A stretch of 64,000 nt of DNA from Eledone cirrhosa. Its lineage: Eukaryota. Shown here piece after piece: positions 43,505 through 55,800 of the stretch; position 1 is the first letter of the stretch; each line of letters opens with the position of its first letter. The DNA lies in NCBI GenBank assembly GCA_964016885.1, contig OZ024744.1, positions 108,934,001 to 108,998,000 on the forward strand. Reading direction: 5' to 3'. The position numbers and the translations under genes are program-made. Below the pieces are notes generated by a model, which ran no database searches, was not told where the DNA came from, and was given only the letters and a program-made list of their open reading frames with translations.

Positions 43505-43655
43505 ACATCTCATTTCTACAGCTGAGTAAACTGGAGCAATGTGAAATAAAGTGTCTTGCTCAAGGAAACAACACATCACCCGGTCTGAGAATTGAACTCA
43601 CAACCTTTCGATTGCAAGGGCAATGCTCTAACCACTGAGCCATGTGCGTGCCTCC
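43505..43655 (-). mobile_element. Family A SINE, 5' half (tRNA head and CORE)
   Basis: Matches the family head. Confidence 0.75.
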
Positions 43656-43669
43656 ACACACACACACAT

Positions 43670-43734
<65 letters not shown>

Positions 43735-43879
43735 ATGACTTAGGCCGCAATCATAAAATAAAACAGTATGCAGGAGTCTGAACAAAAGGTCAATTTAACC
43801 TAAAAAGAAATGTTTTGAAAATCATAAAATGGAGAAAGCAGGCTTTGCTAACATCCTCCTACTTCCACCCACACCACCT

Positions 43880-44192
43880 TTACTCTGTAAATTTCTGTTG
43901 GTATCATAGAACATCCAGTCCACACTGAAATGTGGTCGTGTAGGTGACACGACAAAAAGCACCCATTCCACGCTGTAAGGTGGTCGTGTAGGAGACACGG
44001 TAAAAAGGCTCCAAGTCCACACTGTAAATGCGGTTGGCGTTAGGAAGGGCATCCAGCCATAGAAAAACCTGCCAGATACGACTCTATACGAGCGAGACAC
44101 GGTCACCTGACCAATCTTGGCTCAATTGAGACAAACCCGTCTAACCCATGCTAGTGTGGAAAATAGATGTAAATGATGATGATGATGATGAC
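43880..44192 (+). mobile_element. Diverged RTE 3' UTR subfamily
   Basis: ggttggcgttaggaagggcatccagcc...cccgtctaacccatgctagtgtggaaaatagatgtaaa(tga)n. Confidence 0.65.
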
Positions 44193-44400
44193 ATACATAT
44201 TCATTTTATTAAAGCTAAATAGTGAGTCTTGTTAATCCGGAATTTCGTCTATTTATCACAAGGTCATCAAATAAGAATGTTAATACTCTACTGTGGTATT
44301 GAGTACTCTTTTCTCTCAGCCATATACGGATATATATATATATAAATTAATAAAAATAATGAATAAAAACAAAGAAACAGTTCCTTATATTAAAAAATTC

Positions 44401-44534
44401 ATCATTTTACGATCATTTCTAGGATATATATGTTTGTGTTGGTATGTATATCATATAGATCTATGTAAAATTTTTACAAACTATCAGAGGGAATATACAT
44501 ACCTACACATATATATGCTGTCTTCAGAAATAAT
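44401..44534 (-). ncRNA. Type I hammerhead motif with ~100-nt stem II, abutting a SINE insertion
   Basis: auuauuu CUGAAGA cagcauauauaugugu-agguauguauau...auauacauacc-aacacaaacauauauauccua GAAA ugaucg UA aaaugau. Confidence 0.7.
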
Positions 44535-44913
44535 TGTTTCTACTTTAGGCACAAGGCCAGCAATTACCAGTGCATTACTGGTACTTTATTTTATCGACCC
44601 CGTAAGGATGAAAGGCAAAGTCAACCTCGGCGGGATTTGAACTCAGATCGTAAAGGGGCGTAACTATGCTGGAAAGCATAGCGTCCGACCCTCTACCGAT
44701 ACTGCCAATCCACCGCTGTCTTCAGAAATAATTGTTTCTACTTTTGGCACAAGGCCAGCAATTACCCAGTGCATTACTGGTACTTTATTTTATCGACCCC
44801 GTAAGGATGAAAGGCAAAGTCAACCTCGGCGGGATTTGAACTCAGATCGTAAAGGGACGTAACTATGCTGGAAAGCATGGCGTCCGACCCTCTACCGATA
44901 CTGCCAATCCACC
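44532..44913 (-). mobile_element. Two tandem family B SINEs separated and flanked by three copies of an 18-bp TSD
   Basis: gctgtcttcagaaataat at 44517, 44715 and 44914. Confidence 0.88.
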
Positions 44914-46051
44914 GCTGTCTTCAGAAATAATGATATTTGTTTATTGAAAAAAACCCAACAAAGATTCAATATAATAGGTCTGTTTGGGAACAGGTTTTGA
45001 ATTGACCAATAGAAAGGTAGTGAGTGGTCAAGATGGTAAAATAGTAGTAATATAACTTTAATTTAGGGGTAGAGGAAGGCAGATTTCAGTTTTGAATGGA
45101 AAGAGTATGAAGAATGAAAAGATTATTCTAGGGATGAAAATAGGTCAAGTCAGTAAAAGGTACACGAAAAATTGATGTTATAAAAGAATAATTGTTTCTA
45201 CTTTTGGCACAAGGCCAGCAATTACCTAGTGTATTACTGGTACTTTATTTTATCGACCTCGTAAGGATGAAAGGCAAAGTTAACCTCAGCGGGTAATGCC
45301 AATGTAAATATCTAAGGAGAATAAAATTTTACGATAAATATCAATCTTATTTAAAATATAGGGAATTTACATCTATAAAAAGAAAATAAATTAATTAAAT
45401 TGATAGGTATATTTATATTGATAAATTTATATTAATTCATATAGATATTGATAAATAAGAGTTAGATGTAATTGTGCTGTTAAAATCGAAGGGAAAATAA
45501 AAAAATAATAATAATTATTATTGGGGGGGGGGGGGTAAATTCATTAGTGAGAAATAACAAATTTATATAGATTATAAGGAACATAGAATCATAACCTGAA
45601 ATTAAAATAGTTTATATGTATACTTTAATGGTATAAATTTTAGGAAAAGATAGCTGTAAAAGGGAAATAAAATTATGCAGTTCATTAGTAGTAGAATATT
45701 AATTATAGGTTAACTAATTTTAAAAAAGTGTTATTATAATAATTTCTAAAGTGTATATTAATTAGGTTTATAATATTTAAAAGTTCTTCTCAGTTTATGA
45801 TTACATGATATAATAGAATGTAAGTTCTTTACAGAATTCAAGCTGGTCTTACTAACAAAGTGACAAACTCTTTTGTTTGAGTAAAGATCATTCTTCCAGA
45901 GATTTGTAAATCTAGTGAGTTAGTGTATATGTTTATGTACTTGAATTCATGTCATGTATGGACATGTTTCACTAGTATGTCTGAGTGTATGTATGTGTGT
46001 ATGTATATATATGTGTGTGTATATATGTACATGTCTATGTATGTATATGTA

Positions 46052-46963
46052 TTAGGTCGGACAGAAAGTTCTCACCGTTTTTTAAATTTGATTGCCTTGA
46101 AAGGGTGGAGGTTAGTCTTTGCAGTTGTGACACATTCTCTTTATCAACTCACTAGTGCTCGACTCTCTTTATCAACCCACTAGTGCTCGACATTAATGTA
46201 GAGACACCATGTTTCATCAGCAGTGTCAATGGAATGTAACCAGATGGTTGTGTGATGGTAGCAAAGTAATCACAGCTCCCGCTAGACATTTACAATTATA
46301 GTCAGACAGATTGTGAGATGCCCACTGCTCCAGCTTGGACACCTTCTCTACTGTATACAAGTGATTGAGGAAGATGTCACAGATGTGTGATGAAAGAACT
46401 TTGAGAAACTATATATTTTTAACTGTTGGTCAATCAATGATAAACATTGATTGCCAGCTAAATTATTGTGAGATTCCCACTGCTCCAGCTTGGGCACCTT
46501 CTCTATTGCATACAAGTGATTGAGGAAGATTGTTTTCAATGTCCCAAGCAGTTCAGAGAGTTGATGTGATATCTGGCATAGGTTGACTTCCACCAGCTCA
46601 TGCAGTTGTTTGTCCTTGACGACAGATGGACATCTTGTGTGAGGTCAATCTTCAAGGCTGTATTCACCAGAAAGAGTGTGAACCAGTCCCTGGCACTGCA
46701 TTCAGACATGACCCAAGTTAATGTGACAAACTCGATGCTGTTTCACGTAAGCCAGATTTGAAGTCATAGTGTAAACAGCCAGTAATGTATGATGAGGATA
46801 CATCCATGTTGCTTTGTCTTTGACGGCGTAACAGCAAATGAGAAATGCACACCAACATTCCTGATATGTGTGAGCATGTGCAAACTTCAACATTTCCCCC
46901 AAAAAACTCTACCAAAATACCTTCTTTTGAGAAAAAAATGGAGAAACTTTCTGTTCCATTGAA
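46052..46963 (-). mobile_element. Decayed mariner DNA transposon, internally deleted
   Basis: TA-flanked degenerate TIRs (ttaggtcggacagaaagttctcaccgttttt and reverse complement ttcaatggaacagaaagtttctccatttttt). Transposase relic LHYDFKSG...ELVEVNLCQ...NHLYAIEKVPKLEQWESHN resembles the WVPHEL motif. Confidence 0.7.
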
Positions 46964-47309
46964 TATGTGTGTGTAATGTAGTGGTTGGTGATAAGAATGC
47001 CATCCAACCATCTCATCTTTTTCCATTTTTATCTGAGGGTTCTAAATCCCATTATCAGGCTAAAATTCCTTTAGTCAAAAATACGGTGAAAGCTATTCTA
47101 TTTTCTAATTTCAAACCTGCTCACTGTTTCAAAACATACTTACTTGCCATAGAAAACTTGTCAAACAAAAGGTTGAAAGGACTCTTCAGCTATGTCAGAA
47201 GAACTGACATGTTACTCTAGCCATCTAATGCTGGCCCATTTCACTAATGGCCTCCGTTTAATGTAATTTTCAGGGTGATTCAGCATTACACAGGTGACAA
47301 AGTCGAGCC

Positions 47310-47865
47310 TTTGAATTACAAGTATAGTCCATCTTGACTTATAGTGTAAGTGGCTGAGTATTCCACAGAAACATGTACCTGTAATGTAATTCTCAGGGAG
47401 ATTCAGTGGGACAAGGATGGTATTTTGAATTACAAGTACAGTCCATCTTGTCTTATAGTGTAAGTGGCTGAGTATTCCACAGAAACATGTACCTGTAATG
47501 TAATTCTCAGGGAGATTCAGTGGGACAAGGATGGTATTTTGAATTACAAGTACAGTCCATATTGTCTTATAGTGTAAGTGGCTGAGTATTCCACAGAAAC
47601 ATGTACCTGTAATGTAATTCTCAGGGAAATTCAGTGGGACAAGGATGGTATTTTGAATTACAAGTACAGTCCATATTGACTTATAGTGTAAGTGGCTGAG
47701 TATTCCACAGAAACATCTACCTGTAATGCAATTCTCAGGGAGATTCAGTGGGACAAGGATGGTATTTTGAATTACAAGTACAGTCCATATTGACTTATAG
47801 TATAAGTGGCTGAGTATTCCACAGAAACATCTACCTGTAATGCAATTCTCAGGGAGATTCAGTGT
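47310..47865. repeat. 114-bp tandem repeat, about 5 copies
   Basis: ttgaattacaag recurs at 47311, 47425, 47539 and onward. Confidence 0.9.
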
Positions 47866-48081
47866 GACATTAGTGAGAAAGCTGACTCTTTGAATCACAT
47901 GTATAGTCCCCCAGTCAGGCTTCTAAATAGTTTCTATCTACCCAATTTAACTGACAATATATAAGTCCAACTTTGCCCACCATGACACACAGTACGATTG
48001 AACAAAAAACCTCACAATTTAAAAATATTTGATCATTAGCTATAATATATTATCTAAATGGGAGTTTTAAGCTACTCCGTC

Positions 48082-48490
<409 letters not shown>

Positions 48491-48596
48491 AAATATATAT
48501 AAGCAAAAGGGATATTCAATTTGTTGGTAATTCAACAAATATAAATGTTTATAACTGATTCAGAGCACTCAACAAGTTTTCTGGAGTATAGTATTC

Positions 48597-48929
48597 AATG
48601 ATATTAAATAAATGGAAACTATATTTATAAAACCATATTTATTTTATTATATATATTTCAAGGGTACCAAAACTTTGGTACGCTTTCATCAGATAAAATA
48701 CAAAGTTTGTTTTATAAATTTTGACATAACCAAGAAAAGATACCTTTACAGATACTATCCAAGGAAAACTTGAACCGTTAAGGTATCTTTTCTTGGTTAT
48801 GTCAAAATTTATAAAACAAACTTTGTATTTTATCTGATGAAAGCGTACCAAAGTTTTGGTACCCTTGAAATATATATAATAGAATAAATATGGTTTTATA
48901 AATATAGTTTCCATTTATTTAATATCATT
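48597..48929. mobile_element. Fold-back PLE-like element, ~150-bp arms (48597-48746 and 48780-48929), hammerhead in each arm (- 48640-48700, + 48826-48886)
   Basis: uauuuuau CUGAUGA aagcguaccaaa gu uuugguacccuu GAAA uauaua UA auaaaaua. Confidence 0.85.
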
Positions 48930-49003
48930 TTATATATATATATATATATATATATTATTCAGAATATTAATAAATGAAGACATTCACATAATCAAAATAT
49001 ATG

Positions 49004-49068
49004 TTTTATTATATATATTTCGAAGGTACTGTGCTGTTTTTTTTTCAGTTCGTCCTCGTCAGATAAAA
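49004..49068 (-). ncRNA. Hammerhead motif inside a short inverted repeat (48952-49004 and 49126-49177)
   Basis: uuuuau CUGACGA ggacgaacug...caguaccuuc GAAA uauaua UA auaaaa. Confidence 0.6.
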
Positions 49069-49335
49069 TACATGAATTGATGTATCACATACCTCAATGG
49101 TCTTGATGGTTCAATTCCAGCATTGACATATATTTTTATTATGTGAATGTCTTCATTTATTAATATTCTGAATAATATTAATAACTCCAGAAAACTTCAT
49201 TGTAGAGTGCTTTTAATCTATTGTAAAACTATATTCATTGAGTAATCAATGAACCATATAAATCTTTGGTTATATATATATTTATATATAGTGACGAAAC
49301 ATAAGTCAATTGCATGAACTCATAATCCTTTATTT

Positions 49336-49393
49336 ACTGCTATATATATATTTCGATGATAGCCATTGAATGGCTATGACCTCATCAGGCAGT
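49336..49393 (-). ncRNA. Type I hammerhead motif
   Basis: acugc CUGAUGA gguc auagccauu c aauggcuau cauc GAAA uauauaua UA gcagu. Confidence 0.75.
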
Positions 49394-49802
49394 TAGTCAG
49401 TTCTTAGATATGCCAGCTCTGTGTTTATAGTGTTGATGGTATCAGAGCCTTGGGACATATATATATATCTTATGGCCTGTTAATAAAATAGACACTCAGT
49501 TGTTGTCTATAGGCAACAAATCTCTTATGTCTTCATTAATGAATGTAACTTGATACCCTAAAAACTGAAAGACATTACTGTTTTGGTTTAATTTAAACCG
49601 GATCTCACCTGAAATCTGTTACGGTCACTTTTCCCAGGTATATAATACAATATGGCTTGCACTTATGATCTTTCATTATAATTTGATACCTCAGTCTTCT
49701 TTGTTGTTGTTGAAGGTTTATCCATGGAGAAGGGAGGGTCTTGATATGTATAGATTTCTTTACAGCTTTACACATGTAATTTAGTACAGGCTTTCAAGCT
49801 CT

Positions 49803-49834
<32 letters not shown>

Positions 49835-49868
49835 CTATACATTTACATAAATTTACTCTGTGTGTATG

Positions 49869-49907
<39 letters not shown>

Positions 49908-50016
49908 ACTAGTAGGTACATAGACAAGTAGTTACAGTATTTGTCTCAATCATAAGGTTGTTAGTTCAGTTCCTGGAATGTTGTGTTCTTGAACAAAATA
50001 CTCTATTTCTTATTGA

Positions 50017-51430
50017 ATCTTCTGCCAGGAGTTGTAACTGACAGACAGTATCAATAATGGAAAGACTAAAGGAAATATTGTTTCTTTGGTCTGATCTGAT
50101 GATCAGCTCCTTTCTACTGCCAGGAGTTGTGACTGACAGATAGTATCAGTAATGGACAGACTAATGGAAACATTGTTTCTTTGGTCTGATCTGATGATCA
50201 GCTCCTTTCTACTGCCAGGAGTTGTGACTGACAGATAGTATCAGTAATGGAAAGACCAATAGAAACATTGTTTCTTTGGTCTGATCTGATGATCAGCTCC
50301 TTTCTACTGCCAGGAGTTGTGACTGACAGATAGTATCAATAATGGAAAGACCAACGGAAATATTGTTTCTTTGGTCTGATCTGATGATCAGCTCCTTTCT
50401 ACTGCCAGGAGTTGTGACTGACAGATAGTATCAGTAATGGAAAGAGTAATAGAAACATTGTTTCATTAGTCTGATCTGATGATCAGCTCCTTTCTACTGC
50501 CAGGAGTTGTGACTGACAGATAGTATCAGTAATGGAAAGACCAATGGAAACATTGTTTCTTTGGTCTGATCTGATGATCAGCTCCTTTCTACTGCGAGGA
50601 GTTGTAACTGACAGATAGTATCAATAATGGAAAGACCAATGGAAACATTGTTTCTTTGGTCTGATCTGATGATCAGCTCCTTTCTTCTGCCAGGAGTTGT
50701 GACTGACAGATAGTATCAGTAATGGAAAGACCAATGGAAACATTGTTTCTTTGGTCTGATCTGATGATCAGTTCCTTTCTACTGCCAGGAGTTGTACCTG
50801 ATAGTATCAGTAATGGAAAGACCAATGGAAATATTGTTTCTTTGGTCTGATCTGATGATCAGCTCCTTTCTTCTGCCAGGAGTTGTGACTGACAGATAGT
50901 ATCAGTAATGGAAAGACCAATGGAAACATTGTTTCTTTGGTCTGATCTGATGATCAGTTCCTTTCTACTGCCAGGAGTTGTGACTGACAGATAGTATCAG
51001 TAATGGAAAGACCAATGGAAACATTGTTTCTTTGGTCTGATCTGATGATCAGCTCCTTTCTACTGCGAGGAGTTGTAACTGACAGATAGTATCAATAATG
51101 GAAAGACCAATGGAAACATTGTTTCTTTGGTCTGATCTGATGATCAGCTCCTTTCTTCTGCCAGGAGTTGTGACTGACAGATAGTATCAGTAATGGAAAG
51201 ACCAATGGAAACATTGTTTCTTTGGTCTGATCTGATGATCAGCTCCTTTCTACTGCCAGGAGTTGTGACTGACAGATAGTATCAGTAATGGAAAGACCAA
51301 TGGAAACATTGTTTCTTTGGTCTGATCTGATGATCAGCTCCTTTCTACTGCCAGGAGTTGTGACTGACAGATAGTATCAGTAATGGACAGACTAATGGAA
51401 ACATTGTTTCTTTGGTCTGATTTGATGATC
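50017..51430 (+). repeat. 95-bp tandem repeat, about 15 copies, derived from a family C SINE tail
   Basis: caggagttgt recurs at 50026, 50121, 50216, 50311 and onward. The unit matches 48390-48475, and a decayed SINE head precedes it at ~49910-50015. Confidence 0.88.
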
Positions 51431-52349
51431 TGCTTCTTAACCTTTCCTTTAGAAACTAAAATATTTCATTCTGAGATTAAAGAATTTTGGTTGGATTTAG
51501 ATGTTTTTATTAGTAGAAACCTGATGCTGTTATTGTTGTCTGTTCCTGCTGTTGTTATTCCTTTTGTTATTGTTGTTACTGTCTCAGTTCAAGTACTGCC
51601 AATGTCAGTTTAGCCTTTCATCCTATAAATGTGAATATATAAAGAAGCAGTCATGTGGTGGAGCATTGATGGAATTGTTAGAAAATCAGATGAGATAGAT
51701 ACCTTGTGCTATTTGTTTCAGCTCTTTGTGTTCTGAGTTTAAATTTTGCTGTGCCTTACTTAGGACTTAATACCTTGCCCAAGTTTAGCACTACCAAAGG
51801 AAGAAAGAAAGAAAGGAAAAACAAAAAGAGAGAGACAAAACACAAGATTCTCCTAAACATGTTTCACAGTTTCATCTTCTAAATTAAGTCTGTTATATAT
51901 TTTTAGACAAATTGATTATCCAAGTACGACAAGCTTCCATTAGTGATAAACAATCTCTCTTTAAGTTATATATCACAGCTCAAATTCCACACAACACGAC
52001 TTAGCTACTTTGTACAATATTATTGCAATACTGTCCAACAAGGCTTCTAGGAAACCCTTGGTATATATGCATTCTTCTAAATGTCTACCAAGCTAAATAG
52101 ATAATTTCATAGATAGCTGATTTTTCACTGATTCAAACAATTTAAACACTTCCCACACACATACCAGCTTTTCTTTTTTTTTATGCTTTGTTTGTGGTTG
52201 TTTTTATCATGAAAACTTTATATGGCATTAATTTGCATGAATGACAAAGCATGTACATATGAGCTGAGAGAAAAACTGAGCATAAGAGGAATCTGATTTA
52301 GTGTGCAAGAGAGAAGATTGTGCTGCTGTGGATATGTGATGTATCTGAA

Positions 52350-52537
52350 TAATTGTTTCTACTTTTGGCCCAAGGCCAGCAATAACCTAGTGAATGACTG
52401 GAACTTTATTTTATCGACCCTGTAAGAATGAAAGGCAATGTTAACCTTAACGGGATTTGAATTCAGAATGGCAAGGGCCATAACCCTATGTTAAAAAGCA
52501 TCGTGTCCAACCCTCTACCGATACTGCCAATCCACCT
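52350..52537 (-). mobile_element. Diverged family B SINE inserted in an old RTE fragment
   Basis: Matches consensus. Flanks read RTE-like (ELREKLSIRGI...VQERRLCCCGYVM). Confidence 0.7.
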
Positions 52538-52801
52538 GGGTGAAGAATTGCCAGTAATTCCTAGTGGAAGGGCCTCGAGCCATAGAAACTAAGCCAAATC
52601 AGTCCTGTGTAAGTGACTCATGGTCCCCCGATCTGATCCCTCACAAAGGGACAGCCTGTCCTACCCATGCTAGTGTGGAAGATGGATGTTAAACAAAGAT
52701 AATGATCATCATTAATTCATATGTGTTTTTTCTGCCACCAAGAGTTATGTATGTGTGTGTATATATGATGGAAGGATGAACATTTCAGTATAACAACAAT
52801 T

Positions 52802-55800
52802 TATTGTGTAACGTTGACTTGATGGGATAACATAGTATTCCTGGGTATTGTGTAACTGTCTCTTGATAGGATAACATAGTATTCCTGGATATTGTGTAAC
52901 TGTCACTTGATAGGATAACATAGTATTCCTGGATATTCTGTAACTGTCTCTTGATAGGATAACATAGTATTCCTGGATATTGTGTAACTGTCACTTGATA
53001 GGATAACATAGTATTCCTGGATATTCTGTAACTGTCTCTTGATAGGATAACATAGTATTCCTGGATATTGTGTAACTGTCTCTTGATAGGATAACATAGT
53101 ATTCCTGGATATTCTGTAACTGTCTCTTGATAGGATAACATAGTATTCCTGGATATTGTGTAACTGTCACTTGATAGGATAACATAGTATTCCTGGATAT
53201 TCTGTAACTGTCTCTTGATAGGATAACATAGTATTCCTGGATATTGTGTAACTGTCACTTGATAGGATAACATAGTATTCCTGGATATTCTGTAACTGTC
53301 TCTTGATAGGATAACATAGTATTCCTGGATATTGTGTAACTGTCTCTTGATAGGATAACATAGTATTCCTGGATATTCTGTAACTGTCTCTTGATAGGAT
53401 AACATAGTATTCCTGGATATTGTGTAACTGTCACTTGATAGGATAACATAGTATTCCTGGATATTCTGTAACTGTCTCTTGATAGGATAACATAGTATTC
53501 CTGGATATTGTGTAACTGTCTCTTGATAGGATAACATAGTATTCCTGGATATTCTGTAACTGTCTCTTGATAGGATAACATAGTATTCCTGGATATTCTG
53601 TAACTGTCACTTGATAGGATAACATAGTATTCCTGGATATTGTGTAACTGTCACTTGATAGGATAACATAGTATTCCTGGATATTGTGTAACTGTCACTT
53701 GATAGGATAACATAGTATTCCTGGATATTGTGTAACTGTCTCTTGATAGGATAACATAGTATTCCTGGATATTCTGTAACTGTCACTTGATAGGATAACA
53801 TTGTATTCCTGGATATTGTGTAACTGTCACTTGATAGGATAACATAGTATTCCTGGATATTGTGTAACTGTCACTTGATAGGATAACATAGTATTCCTGG
53901 ATATTGTGTAACTGTCACTTGATAGGATAACATTGTATTCCTGGATATTGTGTAACTGTCTCTTGATAGGGTAACATTGTATTCCTGGATATTGTGTAAC
54001 TGTCACTTGATAGGATAACATAGTATTCCTGGATATTGTGTAACTGTCTCTTGATAGGATAACATAGTATTCCTGGATATTGTGTAACTGTCACTTGATA
54101 GGATAACATAGTATTCCTGGATATTGTGTAACTGTCACTTGATAGGATAACATAGTATTCCTGGATATTGTGTAACTGTCTCTTGATAGGATAACATAGT
54201 ATTCCTGGATATTCTGTAACTGTCACTTGATAGGATAACATTGTATTCCTGGATATTGTGTAACTGTCACTTGATAGGATAACATAGTATTCCTGGATAT
54301 TGTGTAACTGTCACTTGATAGGATAACATAGTATTCCTGGATATTGTGTAACTGTCACTTGATAGGATAACATTGTATTCCTGGATATTGTGTAACTGTC
54401 TCTTGATAGGGTAACATTGTATTCCTGGATATTGTGTAACTGTCACTTGATAGGATAACATAGTATTCCTGGATATTGTGTAACTGTCTCTTGATAGGAT
54501 AACATAGTATTCCTGGATATTGTGTAACTGTCACTTGATAGGATAACATAGTATTCCTGGATATTGTGTAACTGTCTCTTGATAGGATAACATAGTATTC
54601 CTGGATATTGTGTAACTGTCACTTGATAGGATAACATAGTATTCCTGGATATTGTGTAACTGTCACTTGATAGGATAACATAGTATTCCTGGATATTGTG
54701 TAACTGTCACTTGATAGGATAACATTGTATTCCTGGATATTGTGTAACTGTCTCTTGATAGGATAACATAGTATTCCTGGATATTGTGTAACTGTCACTT
54801 GATAGGATAACATAGTATTCCTGGATATTGTGTAACTGTCTCTTGATAGGATAACATAGTATTCCTGGATATTGTGTAACTGTCACTTGATAGGATAACA
54901 TTGTATTCCTGGATATTGTGTAACTGTCTCTTGATAGGGTAACATTTTATTCCTGGATATTGTGTAACTGTCACTTGATAGGATAACATAGTATTCCTGG
55001 ATATTGTGTAACTGTCACTTGATAGGATAACATAGTATTCCTGGATATTGTGTAACTGTCACTTGATAGGATAACATAGTATTCCTGGATATTGTGTAAC
55101 TGTCTCTTGATAGGATAACATAGTATTCCTGGATATTCTGTAACTGTCACTTGATAGGATAACATAGTATTCCTGGATATTGTGTAACTGTCTCTTGATA
55201 GGATAACATAGTATTCCTGGATATTCTGTAACTGTCTCTTGATAGGATAACATAGTATTCCTGGATATTCTGTAACTGTCACTTGATAGGATAACATTGT
55301 ATTCCTGGATATTGTGTAACTGTCTCTTGATAGGATAACATAGTATTCCTGGATATTGTGTAACTGTCTCTTGATAGGATAACATAGTATTCCTGGATAT
55401 TCTGTAACTGTCTCTTGATAGGATAACATAGTATTCCTGGATATTCTGTAACTGTCACTTGATAGGATAACATTGTATTCCTGGATATTGTGTAACTGTC
55501 TCTTGATAGGATAACATAGTATTCCTGGATATTGTGTAACTGTCTCTTGATAGGATAACATTGTATTCCTGGATATTGTGTAACTGTCACTTGATAGGAT
55601 AACATTGTATTCCTGGATATTGTCTAACTGTCTCTTGATAGGATAACATTGTATTCCTGGATATTGTGTAACTGTCACTTGATAGGATAACATTGTATTC
55701 CTGGATATTGTGTAACTGTCACTTGATAGGATAACATTGTATTCCTGGATATTCTGTAACTGTCACTTGATAGGATAACATTGTATTCCTGGATATTCTG

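Noticed and set aside
47212-47898. 228-aa ORF with 38-aa repeats
   Set aside because: A 114-bp tandem repeat whose length is divisible by 3. No recognisable domain or splice context.
50017-51430. Hammerhead-like words in the 95-bp repeat (ctgatga...gaaa-gaccaa...ttggtc-tg), suggesting a retrozyme array
   Set aside because: Stem II does not close next to GAAA, the cleavage position would be G, and stem I is only 3 bp.
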